Assembly (NCBI RefSeq): GCF_000143415.4
Contig: NW_003314298.1
Coordinates: forward strand, 1,340,248 to 1,404,247
Length of the DNA stretch: 64,000 bases
Direction of reading: 5' to 3'
DNA from: Selaginella moellendorffii
Lineage: Eukaryota > Plantae > Lycopodiophyta
In this document: positions 22,249-36,774 of the stretch, piece after piece
Layout of the letters: the number at the start of each line of letters is the position of its first letter
Numbering within the stretch: the stretch's first letter is position 1
Translations under genes and position numbers: made by a program
The notes under the pieces: model-generated
Seen by the model: only the letters and a program-made list of their open reading frames with translations
What the model was told of the DNA's origin: nothing
Database searches by the model: none

Positions 22249-25200
22249 GTGTAAAAGGTATAAGGTGTACATTACGAGTTAATGTTCTAATAATTTGCTT
22301 TGTTTTATTTTGTTTAGACACAAATAAAATAAAAGAAGTTTATAAAAAGCATGTGCATTGTTTTATACATTCTTGTCTTTTGATTGTTTCAGTGGATATA
22401 CATAGAATATATTTGTATCAAATTGGTGAGTATCAAAATCCCAATATTAGTATATGGCATAACTAGACCTCAAGTGATGATCACTTGCTCCTATATATAA
22501 ATTAAGACTTTTGGATTAACATTTCTGTATTCCAATTTTGTATTTCATGCACTCACCACAGTTAATATTCATTTAAATTTTCTGAATAAAATACATTCTA
22601 ACTTATTCTACCATCTAATGGTTTGTGATATTTATATAATTTATAAAATTTGTGAGTAAGTTAGTCACTTTTCTTATTATGGTTTCTCCAGCATTAGTCT
22701 TTCAGAATAGTGGAGGGGTGATGTCCCAATGTAATCTCTTGTACTGATATCATTGTTCATATGAACAAAGCGAGAAATAATCTATAATTGATAGGAAAGA
22801 AGAGGTTAAGAAAATGGAAGAATACCACAGATAAATGAGTTAAGTATACCTTGAAACTCTTTTACTTATTATTGAGATTCAATAGCAACATTTGGTGGTA
22901 ACACCATAACTTAGCCAGGTCAATGATCAAGGAAACACATTGGTAAGTTTGATGAGTGTGATGAAAATTGTGTCATATTTTTTCTTTTGGCCATAATTTT
23001 TGAGTTTAGATCCATGATAATATAGATCACTAGCATGATAATCAAAATGGCTCAAGAATCCAAACCAAAGTTATAGTTTGTCCTTGTTTTTTTAGCAAGA
23101 TTTAATTTGATTGAGATGGCAAAGAAAAAGAGTTTATTGATCACAAATTAATGTCAACAATAATGCCTTATAAGTGGTTTGTGAAGGATTTCACAACAAA
23201 AATGTATTGTTTCTACTTGTTAGCAACTGTTTATAATTGTAATATATTTTAACTCTCTCTCTCTCTCTCCTTAATCCAAGGGGAAAAGTGATAGTATATT
23301 TAAATTTCATCCCATGATACATTTTAAAATACTAATCAACAACTTTTATTAAGCCTAAGAACCTTTTGTATTTTTATATAAGGAACCAGTCTTCCTTAGA
23401 GATATTGATATCTTCATTGACTTGGAAATGAAAATGTTAGTTCCTTTTAGTTTAATAAGATTTCTTAGTCAATGAACCCTTTAGCTCAATAAGGGTTATT
23501 ATGGATGCTTTACAAGGAAAAAAATGTATTTATGAATACTTAATGCTTGTGTCATTTGCCTGAATACCATATAATGCATTTGATTTCTCTCCCTTTAACC
23601 CAATTGTAAAAGGGGCAATTATTTTATAAGAAATTTTTTAATGAATATTTTATTTCTATTTTCCCTCTATGGTTTTAACAATCCATAGTGATAGTATATG
23701 TAAATATCATGCCATAATTATATACAACTTTGTGAGTTTGTGAAAATATTTTGATATTTTAAATATTCTTTATGGAGATCTAAGATTTTGTTAAGCTATT
23801 AACATATCATACCACATAGTACCTCTATATCATTCCACTCACAAAACTTTTTCATCCCTCTTATTTTTCAAAATTGCTATTGTTTCTTGTCATACCCACT
23901 ACAAACTCAATATAAGTTGTACTTTGAAATATTGCTCATGGCTTAGATTCTTAGTCTTGATCAGGAAATATAGAAAAAATAAAACTTCTATTCTCTATAC
24001 AAGGAATTATAAGAAAAACCAGTTGATATGGATTGCATTATAAGTGATTTCCATGTATAATAATTCTATACATGTATAAAATGTCAAATTAGTATCTTAT
24101 ATTTAATAAACCTTATCTGGAGGGGCTAATGTTTTAAAGATAGCTTTTCTATCTATTGTGATAATATGCTGAAAAAAGAAAATTCTACTTCACTTTATTT
24201 TTGTTTTAAAATGAAAACTAGAATTGAGAAAATGAGCCAATATTAAAATAAAATTAAGTCCACATGAAATTTATGCTTTATTTATTTTAAATTAGAAAAT
24301 AGCTAAATAACACTTGTTTAAAGAAGTTTTTTTCAGTGTTGAAATTAAAGTGACCTCGAGCTAGCTTCATAAAGATGATTTAGGTCTAGTCATAAATAAT
24401 TGATTGACCTTTATTTGTCTTAGCCACTTTTACCAAGAATTCAAAGAACTCTTTGCTGATTTATATGATTATTAATAAAATGTTACTGGCAGATAATCAT
24501 CTAGTTAAAGTCAAATAATTTATCAAAATAATGGCTCATATAATTTTTTAACTATTTAAACATAAAAATCTCATAAATTAAGAGTCATTGCATATAATAG
24601 CCCTTCAAATTATATTAAATTTAGATCATCTAAATTGTAACACAAAACCAGTAAAAATAGTATACACAAAAATATATCATTAAAAAATCATTAAAAAGTA
24701 TATCTCTAATTATGCGAGCACAAATTATTCTCGTTTTTAACTGCTGTCTAGGTATATTCTAATCCGGCCGAATGAAATATTCGCAGTCCGTGGAGTATAT
24801 AAATGCAAGACCTGCGGCGATAGGGCTTTTCTTTGGGGGCCTCTGGCGGTTGAGCTCGGGAGGATTGCTTGCCTGTGTGCCCGCTTCTTCCTTCTAACGA
24901 TTTCTCTCGCTTGTGTCGTAGATGGAGCTGGATCTGGATGGCGCCCATGGTGAGTGATCGCATCTCTCCTTTGCTTGCTTGATTGTTTTGCTGTGGAGCT
25001 TGGTTTTTCTTGCTTGGGTGCTTTCTTTCTCCTCTTTGCCGCAAGAAGGCGAAGAGCTCGACTAGATTTCCCACGCGTCCATGGCCCGACCTGGGGACAT
25101 CCTGGCTCGGGCGTTTTCCTTTGGAGGCGGCGCCTCCAAATGGGACTCGTGGGTAATTTGCAAGAGGAGGCTGCCGCGCTGGTGGAGGTACTCGGCGAGC

Positions 25201-25829
25201 GCCTCTACCAGGCTACCGTGGCGGCCTCCACAAATGTCCAAAAATCTAAAGAAGCCTGCTCTTTTGTTGTTCTTACAAGGTCTCTCTTCTCCAAGTCCAA
25301 GAAAATGGATCTCTACTCCACGATGAAGTGCTGGGGATTCAAGCCAAATGCCTTGAAGGCTTGTGCCGCTCTGGCAGCTCTCTCTCGAGGATGGATTGCT
25401 TGGATCGGGCCAACGGCAGTGTATTGGACCAAACCTCTTCGTCTCGTAGAAATGTCCCAAGTGTGAGAACTCCGAGGTTGTGTTTGATACTGGTCCATAG
25501 TGACGTGGAATTCTTTGACAGTGGTGATGGGGAGCGGCTCTCGAGGCTTTGTGAGAACTTTCACCGCCGCTTGCACGCGAGAAGATGAAACTGAAATCGA
25601 GGGGGTCTCAGCATGAAAACTTAATAATTTATTAAATAATTAGGTTTAATAATACTAATTGAAAACCTCGTATATTAAAGAATAATGTTTTTCTCAAACC
25701 CTAGCTATGCGCTGGTGCTGGATCTAGACGACACGCTGGAATGCAGAAAGAACTCAACTATGCCTAGTAGCGTTCCTCAGCAAGATGGCGCAGGTATACA
25801 AGCTCATAATCTTCAGTGTGTCAGACTCG

Positions 25830-26761
25830 TAGGACTGTCTCCCGGAGCTATCCTCGGAGAGCTTCTACGATGAGGTCCGTGAGCTGAGGGAGCGAGCCGA
25901 GAGCTTGCCCAACGACTACTTCTTCTGCCTCGTCGGGAACATGATCACCGAGGAAGCGCTGCCAACTTACTTGACGATGCTCAACACTCTCGATGGCACC
26001 CGCGACGAGATCAGTGCGAGCCCAAGTCCATGGGCACTGTAGTGGCGTGCCTGGACTGCCGAGGAGAATTGCCATGGTGATTTGCTCAACAAGTATCTCT
26101 ACCTCACTGGACGAGTCGACTTGAAGCAAATCGAGAAGACGATCCAGTACTTATCGGTCCTGGAATGGTAAAGAGCCAGAGTTTCTTCTTTCTCGGGAAC
26201 TCAAAAGTTCGGTTTCCATCCTTGCAGGATCCCCAGACCGAGAACAATCCATATCTCGGGTTCATCTACACCTTCTTCCAGGAGCGAGCCACCGCCATCT
26301 CTCACGGCAACACTGCTCGCCACACGACTGTTTGCGGCCTCATCGCATTCGATGAGAAGCGGCATGAGAATGCTTACACCAGGATCATGGAGAAGCTGTT
26401 TGAGATCGATTCGGAGGGCGCAATGCTGGGGCTGGAGGACATGATGAGGAAGAAGATCTCCATGCCGGCTCATCTCATGTACGACGGCCAGGACAAGAAC
26501 CTGTTTGAGCACTTCTCTTTGGTGGCACAGAGGATGGGGGTATACATTGCCAAGGATTACGCAGGAATTCTGGAGCACTTGGTCAAGAGATGGAACGTCG
26601 AGTCCATCACTGGATTGTCTGCTCGCGCGCAAAAGGCCCAGAATTTCGTGTGTGGTCTCCCTCAGATCTTGAGACTGGAGGAGCGAGCGCAGAGCAGGGT
26701 GAAGAAGGGCCCCAACACTGGAACGTTTAGCTGGATTTTCAATAGGGAAGTCGTTCTCTAG
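25830..26761 (+). pseudogene. SAD: Acyl-ACP desaturase pseudogene, copy 5 (duplicate of copy 1)
   Basis: Near-identical to 833-1764 with the same lesions. Confidence 0.9.
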
Positions 26762-28888
26762 GCGTAAAAGGTAAAAGGTGTACATTACGAGTTAATGTTC
26801 CAATAATTTGCTTTGTTTTATTTTGTTTAGACACCAAACAGTCCAACTAAAATAAAAGAGTTTATAAGAAACATGTGCATTGTTTTATACATTTTCTTCT
26901 TTTGATTGTTTAGGAATTAACTAGTGGATGAATATGGTTTATTATTCAGCGGTGTGAGGTCTAGTTATGCCATAAACTAATATTGGGATTTTGATATCTA
27001 ATCAAATTGGTGAGTATCAAAATCCTAATATTAGTATATGGCATAACTAGACCTCAAGTAATGACCACTTGCTCCTGTATATAAATTACAATTTTTGTAT
27101 TAACATTTCTGTATTCCAAATTTGTATTTCATGCACTCACCACAGTTAATATTCATTTAAATGTAATCAAATTGGCGAGTATCACAATCCCAATATTAGT
27201 ATATGGCATAACTAGACCTCAAGTGATGACCACTTGCTCCTATATATAAATTAAGACTTTTGGATTAACATTTCTGTATTCCAATTTTGTATTTCATGCA
27301 CTCACCACAGTTAATATTCATTTAAAGTTTCTGAATAAAATACATTCTAACTTATTCTACCATCTAATGGTTTGTGATATTTATATAATTTATAAAATTT
27401 GTGAGTAAGCTAGTCACTTTTCTTATTATGATTTCTCCAGCATTAGTCTTTCAGAATAGTGGAGGGGTGATGTCCTAATGTAATCTCTTGTACTGATATC
27501 ATTTTTTATATGAACAAAGTGAGAAATAATCTATAATTGATAGGAAAGAAGAGGTTAAGCAAATGGAAGAATACCACAGATAAATGAGTTAAGTATACCT
27601 TGAAACTCTTTTACTTATTATTGAGATTCAATAGCAACATTTGGTGGTAACACCATCACTTAGCCAGGTCAATCATCAAGGAAACACATTGATAAGTGTG
27701 ATGAGTGTGTTGAAAATTATGTCTTTTATTGAAACTTTTATTAAGCCTAAAAGAACTAACACCTTCTTTACAAATGTTCTTCATTGAGTTGGAAATGAAA
27801 ATGTTAATTCCCTTTAGTTTAATAAGAGTTCTTAGTCAATGAAGCCTTTAGTTCAATAAGGGTTATTATGGATGCTTTACAAGACAAAATGCATATTTAT
27901 GAATACTTAATACTTGTGTTATTGTAGTGCACTTTATTTCTCTTTATCCCTCAAGGTTCCAAGAATTCACGGTGACAATACTGAATCTATCAATCCATTT
28001 CCGCATTGAATTTACCAATCCTTCTATTGTGTAGATTAGCTATTCTTGTTTAGGAGGCTCAAGACAAACGATGTATGTATGGATGCCTAATACATACGAT
28101 TTCAAATTTTAGAGGTAGTAATATACCTTGCTCAAGGGTATATTATATTTTAAGTAGCCATTAATCAATAGGAATTGAACCTGTGCCATTTTCTCTGATA
28201 CCACATGTAGTGCACCTTATCTCTCTCCTCTTAAGCCAACTGGAAAAATGGCAATTACTTAATGAGAGAGTCCTTAGTAGCCATTTTATCCCCATTTATT
28301 CTCCAAAGTTCTAAGGATCCATGGTGATAATATATTCAAATTTCATCCCATGATCACATGTGCTATAGTCATTTACCCATGTATTTGATCTCTCTCCCTT
28401 TAACCCAATTGAAAAAGGAATAATTATTTTTTTAATAAAAAAGTCTTTAATAGATATCTTATCTCTATTTTTCCTCTAAGGTTTTAACAATCCATAGTGA
28501 TAGTATATGTAAATATCATGCCATAATTATATCAACTTTGTGAGTTTGTGAAAATATTTTGATATTTTAAATATTCTTTATGGAGATCTAAGACTTTGTT
28601 AAGATATTAACATATCATACCACATAGTACCTCTATATCATTCCACTCACAAAAATTCTTCATCCCTCTTATTTTTCAAAATTGCTCTTGTTTTTTGTCA
28701 TACCCACTACAAACTCAGTATAAGTTGTATTTTGAAATATTACTCATGACTTAGATCCTTAGTCTTGATCACCTCCTGGAAATATAGGAAAATACAAAAT
28801 CTATTATCTATACAAGGAATTATAAAAAAAAATAGTTGATATGGATTGCATTATATGTAATTTCCATTTATAATAATTGAAAACATGC

Positions 28889-31722
28889 TATGAGGTCCAA
28901 ATGTACAACTGCAATGCCATATACTAATATTAGTATAGTGGGATTTTGGTAGCTGTCGGATTAATTTCAATTCGACCCACTTGCTCTTGTATATAAATTA
29001 GGGTTTTTGAGCTAATTGATATGCATATTTTTTGTATTCCCTTTTTATATTCCTTGCACTCACATTGTTGGAGGTGAGAGGCACCTTTGATTGTCCCTGA
29101 GGAGTGCTTAGATTTAAGATATTAGTTTATATCTAGTTTTTGCATTGTCTAAATCTAATTTTTTCCATTTCCTTTCTTTAGTTTTTTCCTTTTGAGATTT
29201 TGGTTTAGATCGAGCTTTTTCATTGTCTAAATCTCCTTTTCCTTTTAGTTTTTTTTTCATTTCATTTCTTTTACTTTTTCCTTTTCATTCATCTTTATGG
29301 TAGAGCAGCAATCTCCTCTTCCTTTCACTCTAGAGTAGTAGTTGTTACAATTGTTCGATGCTATGTGATTGTAATTGAACAACTAAACTTAGTTAATGGT
29401 AGCATTCATGGCATATGGTACAACTCTTCCTACTCTTGGTGCCAATCCATGTGTTTGGCCGGAGTTATTTTGTGGGAATCTTAGGGATGATGTATATCAT
29501 TGGTTCGATCACTTTATGGTGATTGCCACATATCATTCTTGGGATGATGCTCAATGTTTACATAAGTTTTTTATGTGTCTCCAAATGATGGCACTACAGT
29601 GGTATAATGGTTTGAGTGCAGCCACTCATGAGGATTGGAGTATTCTCTTGAACGTCTTCAAACCCATTTGAACATATTGATAATTATGATGATGCCTTCT
29701 AACAATTGCATCGTCTTCGTTAAGGACCATCTAAATCGTGATGCAATTTGGTGTTAGTTTTCAAACCCTCTTGCTTCATCTAGAGTCAAATATGTCTAAG
29801 CGGATCAAACTGAGAATGTCATGGCCAACACTTTGTCAATATCTTGTAGGATTTGTACAAGCACTTGCTCCAACCACCCTTAACAATGTCCTTCACTTAG
29901 CATCTCCACTTTCTATGAAAGATGGTTTTGTTCCAATAGAGGTTGATGCTGTTGCTACTCGCATTCAAGGATAAGGGTGAGGACGTGGTCGTGGCCGTAA
30001 TATTCACTACTAGGCATATGATGAAGTTGGTCACACTTATCAGCGTTGTAGGCATTTTCCGGATTGTCAACCTCTATTTCCTGGGTGGAGACTTTGGTGT
30101 CAACAATGTCTTATTGGTGCTGTTATAGTGGAAGGTCTAGCCACTAAGATATGGGAAATGAGGAGTCGTGTGAGTAATGGAGAGACTTTACACAAATAAG
30201 TCAGTAACCCTTCCATCTTTCTTTCGCGAGTATCATTAAGAAGTTCACTCGACACAAGTTCATGTAGTGTTTACTTTCCAAGCTTGTTTTTGTAACAAGA
30301 GGTCTTCTATTATTCTCTCTGTGTTAGTTGATACAGGTTTGAGTTTATCTTCTATTGCTCAATCTATTGCTACGCTTAATTTGTTACCACATGTTGCCAT
30401 CTACATTTATGTCGTGCGGTAGAGCCAATTTTCATTCTTTATGACAATAATAGTACACATGCATGTGCACGGGATGAAATGAACCTAGTTGTGCATGTAG
30501 GCAATCTCAAGCTTGGGTTGCAGTCATTGTAGGTGGTGCTAAGTCAAGCTGAAGCGGTTGAAGTGTGTGTTTGGATCCAAGGACACGACTTATCTTGGGT
30601 ACCATATTTCTTGTGAGGGTTTGCAAGTTGATTCTGACAAACTTGTGGCTGTTTTAAAGTTCCATACTCCAAAGTGTATGAATAATATGCAACACTTCTT
30701 GGGCAAGGTGCAATATCTCAGTCGTTTTGTAGATTATCTTTCTGATTGCATTACATTGTTGTGAACATTGCTAAAGTCATCAACATCATTTTTCATTTGG
30801 CCTCCAGATTGTAAACGGGCGTTCATGGATGTCAAAGAGCTATTGATAACTCCTCTAGTTTTGGCATATCTTGACTACACTCAACCTTTCATTTTGCATG
30901 TGGAGGTGTGTTGATGCAAGAGAGCCCGGGTATGCCTGGTCAGCACCATCCCATTGTGTATATAAGCCATACATTACAACTAGCAGAGGTGAACTACTCC
31001 ATGATAGAGAAGAAGTGTTTAGTAGCAGTTTGGTGTTTCGAGAAACTTCATGCATATCTATATGGTTCTCGGACGTTACTAAAAGGTGATTATGTTGCTG
31101 TTACTTCATTATTGAAATAAAAGAACTTAGTTGGTTGTACTTCTTGGTGGGCTTTGAAGCTTCAGATATATAATTTTGATTTTGTTCATTGCCCATGGAG
31201 TTTTATGGATGATGCTAATGTCTTTTCTCAAGCTCCTCTTCCTTCTTCATTCTCTTCTCATGTTTTTACGAGCCTGTTGTTCCAGCATCTAGATTTTCTA
31301 GACAAGAATTCTATGTTGTCAGCAGTTGTTGTACTTGACGTTTAATGTCCACAAAGTGCAGAGCAAGATCTACATTCTCTTAGCAAGGTTCCCAAGGCTA
31401 AAAAAATTGAGCCATGGATTTGAAGGCTTTAAGATGGGTTTAAGAATCCTACATCACTTGCTAATGACATGCCATTCCGGCATTTACATTCTCAATATCG
31501 CCTTAAAGACAGCCTTTTTTATTTTGTGGAGATGGATCCTGATGATCATTTACAGCTGGTAGTGCCTTCAATCTTTATTCCACAATTTCTTCATGATTAT
31601 CATGATTCTCCTGTTCTAAGTGGGTATATGGGACATCATTATATGACTGAAAAGTTGCACAGGTGTTTCTATTGGCCAGAGATGTGACATAATATTATAC
31701 AGAGCAGATTTTTTCAGATAAT
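28889..31722 (+). mobile_element. Degenerate Gypsy, unit-2 copy (retains gag 29297-29780). Resumes 36340-36826, including the start of the 3' LTR
   Basis: Collinear with 3877-6181 and with 54608-58670. Gag peptide LGANPCVWPE..HSWDDA is visible. Confidence 0.85.
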
Positions 31723-32412
31723 TGTAGCGCATGTGGTTTTTACCCTTTATCCTATGGTGATTTACCATAGGATACCAACCTAAACCCTCTTTATGCCATG
31801 TGACAGATGCCACGTGTCCAAAGGAACGTGGTGTGGAACCCGAGGTTCAGGGCCTTGGGCCACTGAACAAAGGAACGATGCCAAACTCCCAACCATGGAG
31901 CCAAGGAGTGACGGAACCAAACCACGGAGCAACTCCCGAGCATACAGCTTAAGGAGCAAAGGGACAGGAGCCCGGAGCGACTTGGAACAGTCCTGGAGCA
32001 ACGAGCATCCTAATGCCAGGACTAACACGCAAAACGGAGCAAAACGGAGTTTGGCGCTATTTTGGCATACCGGTGGCCTAACGTGAGGACATGGGTACTC
32101 CACCAGCTAGCATGGAATGGAACTTGGGTTTAGACCCAAGCCGGACGTAGAACAAGGACAGGCACGCAAGTGGGAGCTAGACTATGCCTCAGGTTGGTCG
32201 GCCATGCCCGACCATAGTTGCAGCTAGACATGCAAACGTTCAAACGCGTCCACGTTTAAATGCTGTTTAAAACGTTTTTTTCAGGACAATCAAACGTTTA
32301 CATGTTAAAGCCTAAAATGATTAAGACAACACTAATATTTACTAAATACATTTTAATCTGATATTAAGTTTATAAAACCCAACCGATAAAACAAATGAAA
32401 GAAGAAGCCGTT

Positions 32413-34506
32413 TTAGTCGTCTTCCAATTCTGAATCATCTTCCATTCCTTCATCGATGCTAAACTCGTCAGTAGCCTGATTTGGTTCCTCAAAAGCTTCT
32501 TGCAAATCCAAAATCCTCTTCCAATGAGGCTCCAACTCCAGCTTGTCTATATCAATCTCCAGCATCCTCAAACCTTCACTCTCCAGCTTCTGAACAACCC
32601 ACAAGTTTGTATGAATGTAAACCAGCTTCTCAGCACTTTTGGGAAGCAAGCGGGACCTGCGCTTTGTTTGTATCAAGCTCCATGAGCTCCAATTCCTCTC
32701 GCATGGAGAAGTGCAAACAACTTGGCTTAAAATCCGGAGAGCCATGCGACGTAGATCAGGCATCTCTAAACCAAAAGAACTCCACCAGGTTACTGGAAAC
32801 TTTCTGGTCTCCCAATCCTTGGCAACAGGTAACCTCATTTGCCGTCCAAGCTGTTGCCGAAACCTCTCAAACTATGCCTGCAATCTCAGCTGCAAGTCCA
32901 GATCACCTCTGCCATAAACATGCATGTACTCCAACCAGTTCCCACGTGCCTCATTGTCCAGCTTGTCGTTCTCTGGGTTATACCCCAGAAACAGAGGATG
33001 AAGAGCAAAAGCAGCTCCATGAATGACATTGTGCATTTGATACCACCTTGCCTCCTTCAGACCGTGTGATTCAAGTAGGAAATCCTTGATTTGTCCCACT
33101 TCCTCATGTGCATAAATTCCGTTTCGAGCTCCCTTGTCCATCTTCTCAATCAGCCAATCAACAGTTTCAAAGATGAGGCCTAAAGTCGCCCCCTCCCGAT
33201 CAGCGAGTTGAAGAACTCGAAGTAAAGGTTCGAGCAAAATTAACAAATTCTCACACCGCTCCCAGAACGAGTCATTGAGAACACGAGATCGCAGCTCCAG
33301 GCCCTCCAGCTTCTTAGACCAGTCAAGTCGCTCCCATTCTTGGCTCACCACCATTCTTTAAAGCCCGGAGAGATTCGTGGTCTCCAGAAGCTGAGACATC
33401 ACGAGAAAAATATAAGCAAACCTCGTGGTCACAGGCTTTATCAGGTCCTGTTTGTAGAAAGTTCTATAAAGAGCTAGAACCCGTGGCTTTGAGGTGATGA
33501 AGGTAACTATCTTCGCACAGCCATCGACGAAAGGCTGCACCCAAGACAGAGCTCCAATATCTTCGAACAGCAAGTCCATAACATGGCAAACGCAGCGAAC
33601 GTGTACAATCTATGGAAACTCCTGCTGCAAAAGCTCCCCCATGACCACGCAGTTGCTTGCATTGTCTGTCACCACCTGCACAACGTTTTCTGCACCAACC
33701 TCGGCAATCACTTGTTTCAGCTGCTCAAACAACCATGCTCCGGTTTTCTTCGCATTCTTGCTGTCCACAGCCTTCAGGAAAATTGAGCCTCTCACAGAAC
33801 TGACCATGAAGTTGAGAAGAGACCTCTTCTTGATATCAGACCAGCCATCCGTGACAATGGTACAACCATATGTCCTCCAACTTAGCCGCACATCTTCAAG
33901 CCGCTTCTGAACGTTGTTGTATATTCGTTGTAGCTCAGTTGTCCGCAACTTCTCATATCCCATGAGGTTGTCAATCGCTGGATGCCCCACTTTTGCGGCA
34001 ACTTTCAGCATTCTCTTCAAGTTGTCTCTTCGGATTGTGTTGAAGGAGATGTTCTTGGCAAAGAAGAACTCTGCAACAGCATCATCCAGTGCCTCAGCCG
34101 AAGCAGTATAAAAAAATGTCACCAAATTTCCATCCGAGGATCTACGTTTCGCTGCTCTGCTTGTCCCAGCACTGGACCAATTCTCCGTGCTTGCCACCAT
34201 AGATTCTGCTGGCCCCCCTGAACCCTGTGCGGCTTGCTGCAGTAGATGCCCATCATCAGCATCTGCTGGGTCTGCTAGCTCGAAATCGGAAAAACTGTTG
34301 CGAGCTTTTTTAAGAACTTCATAAGGGATCTCCCTCATTGCCTTGCACGTTTTCACACCTCTTGCCCGAACTCCAGCGAGATGTGCTCGCACTCGCTCCG
34401 CTCCCCTAGTGTGAATCTCATGACAATACTTACATGTCCAGTGCCACTCAGCTCGTATCACATGCTTCCAGCTCCAGCATTCGCAGCGTCCTCCAATTCC
34501 TGACAT
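32413..34506 (-). mobile_element. hAT transposase pseudogene, unit-2 copy
   Basis: Same domains as 6894-8904, all in one frame, with stops at 33610, 33358 and 32872. Confidence 0.88.
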
Positions 34507-34777
34507 GACCCTGAAGTAACCCTAAAGAAACCCTAAAGAAACTCTTGTCTCTTTTTGCAAATAGTGCAAATGCGTTGGGAGTTTAAAACGGCGTTTTTTA
34601 ACGCGTTTAAAACGTTACGTTTTTTTAGTTTCATACGTTTTCCGGCAACTATGTGCCCGACCTACCCACTATCCCTACTATACATTTGGAACCCCCCACA
34701 GCCCCCCCCCCCCCCCCCCTTGAAGAAACACATCTTTGGGCTTTCACCCCAAAATTCCCTTAATAACTAAAATTACT

Positions 34778-35422
34778 NNNNNNNNNNNNNNNNNNNNNNN
34801 NNNNNNNNNNNNNNNNNNNNNNNNNNNNNNNNNNNNNNNNNNNNNNNNNNNNNNNNNNNNNNNNNNNNNNNNNNNNNNNNNNNNNNNNNNNNNNNNNNNN
34901 NNNNNNNNNNNNNNNNNNNNNNNNNNNNNNNNNNNNNNNNNNNNNNNNNNNNNNNNNNNNNNNNNNNNNNNNNNNNNNNNNNNNNNNNNNNNNNNNNNNN
35001 NNNNNNNNNNNNNNNNNNNNNNNNNNNNNNNNNNNNNNNNNNNNNNNNNNNNNNNNNNNNNNNNNNNNNNNNNNNNNNNNNNNNNNNNNNNNNNNNNNNN
35101 NNNNNNNNNNNNNNNNNNNNNNNNNNNNNNNNNNNNNNNNNNNNNNNNNNNNNNNNNNNNNNNNNNNNNNNNNNNNNNNNNNNNNNNNNNNNNNNNNNNN
35201 NNNNNNNNNNNNNNNNNNNNNNNNNNNNNNNNNNNNNNNNNNNNNNNNNNNNNNNNNNNNNNNNNNNNNNNNNNNNNNNNNNNNNNNNNNNNNNNNNNNN
35301 NNNNNNNNNNNNNNNNNNNNNNNNNNNNNNNNNNNNNNNNNNNNNNNNNNNNNNNNNNNNNNNNNNNNNNNNNNNNNNNNNNNNNNNNNNNNNNNNNNNN
35401 NNNNNNNNNNNNNNNNNNNNNN
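34778..35422. other. Assembly gap
   Basis: Run of N. Confidence 1.
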
Positions 35423-36186
35423 TTGTTCTTAAGAAGTTTGCCCATAAGGTGTTGGAAAAAGGGTTATAGTATTCATTTGCTATGACTTATCCGTTAGTAT
35501 TTGGAGTAGATTGTTGGATGGAGAAGGTGTGTAGTTAGGGCATTGACATCACTAACACTTGTGTTAATGGAAGTGGCATTGTTATTTCAAGTGATGAGGA
35601 ATTTCCTTGGATCTTGATTTTCCATGTCATTTTTCTTGTTAGTGTTTTGGCTTCACATTGGATCTTGAAAGTGATTGAACAAAAGTGTGAGTGCAATGTG
35701 GATATCCGAAGATGTGGTCTTCGTGATCAAGCCTTGGATGTTCATTTTGCACTTTGCAGATGTCGGTGTTAGATATCGGTTAGACAGGCAAAGATGTTCA
35801 ATGCTTAAGCATATTATGGGTCATGAGAATTTGTGTTGAGGTGAACCTATGTGAAGTTGTTAGTAGGAAGAAGTTAGTTGAGTCTTGAAAGTTTGCAATC
35901 CTGGACTAAGAGTCATTCTTTCTCTAGGATGGAAATTTTTCCATAAATTTTCTTAGGCTTTTCCAATGGCTGATCTGTCGGTCACTTTGCTCGAAAACCA
36001 TTCCATTTTCATAAGCCAGTACAAACTAGTGAAAGGGTTAGAGTTGACTTTGGTTGGCTTAGACCTTAGTAAATAGTTTGTATGATGCAGCCCGGAAGTT
36101 ACCTGTTGGCCTGTCCTTTCGGATATTCTTTCTTTACTACCACGACGGCAAAAGGTCGGTATTGCTGGGCTCGTTATCAGTCTCTA

Positions 36187-36339
36187 CCTTATCTCTCTCC
36201 CCTTAAGCCAACTGGAAAAGGGGCAATTGCTTAATGAGAGAGCCCTTAGTGGCTATTTTATCCCCATTTATCCCCCAAGGTTCCAAGGATCCACGGTGAT
36301 AGTATATCCAAATCTCATCCCATGATCACGTGCGTTACA
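36187..36339 (-). mobile_element. Solo LTR remnant of the TRIM
   Basis: A single LTR sits where unit 1 has LTR-internal-LTR (10661-11335); flanks are identical. Confidence 0.75.
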
Positions 36340-36674
36340 ATAATGGTCATACATTTATGGCTGAGACATCCAAAGGAATGATCGCAAAGTATGTGAACTC
36401 TCAGTATTCAAATTAGGATGGTTATTTGCCATCTTTTCGGTATGTATATGTTACAGGGGTGCAGAGTTATGTTGGTGTTTCACCATATAAACTCTTATAT
36501 AGTCATGATCCAATATTACTAACAGAGTTGGGTTTACTTTCGCGATTGTTATGAGCTGTCGATGCTAGGTTGTGGGATCAATATTTAACAAGCATTTTTC
36601 CACTTGTCCAAGTAGAATTTGTCAAACATTTAAGTTGCATACAAATGAGACAACAACAGTGCTACAACTCCCAT

Positions 36675-36774
36675 NNNNNNNNNNNNNNNNNNNNNNNNNN
36701 NNNNNNNNNNNNNNNNNNNNNNNNNNNNNNNNNNNNNNNNNNNNNNNNNNNNNNNNNNNNNNNNNNNNNNNNNN
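36675..36774. other. Assembly gap (100 N)
   Basis: Run of N. Confidence 1.

Larger units (their letters stand above)
1..24745. repeat. Segmental tandem repeat, unit 1 (~25 kb, left end outside window)
   Basis: Near-identical sequence recurs at offset ~24,997 (SAD ORF 1168 vs 26165; NIF fragment 688 vs 25685). The TE nest and SAD copy 2 also recur in unit 2. Confidence 0.9.

Noticed and set aside
34736-35485. ORFs spanning N runs (also 36570-36850)
   Set aside because: Artefacts of assembly gaps.
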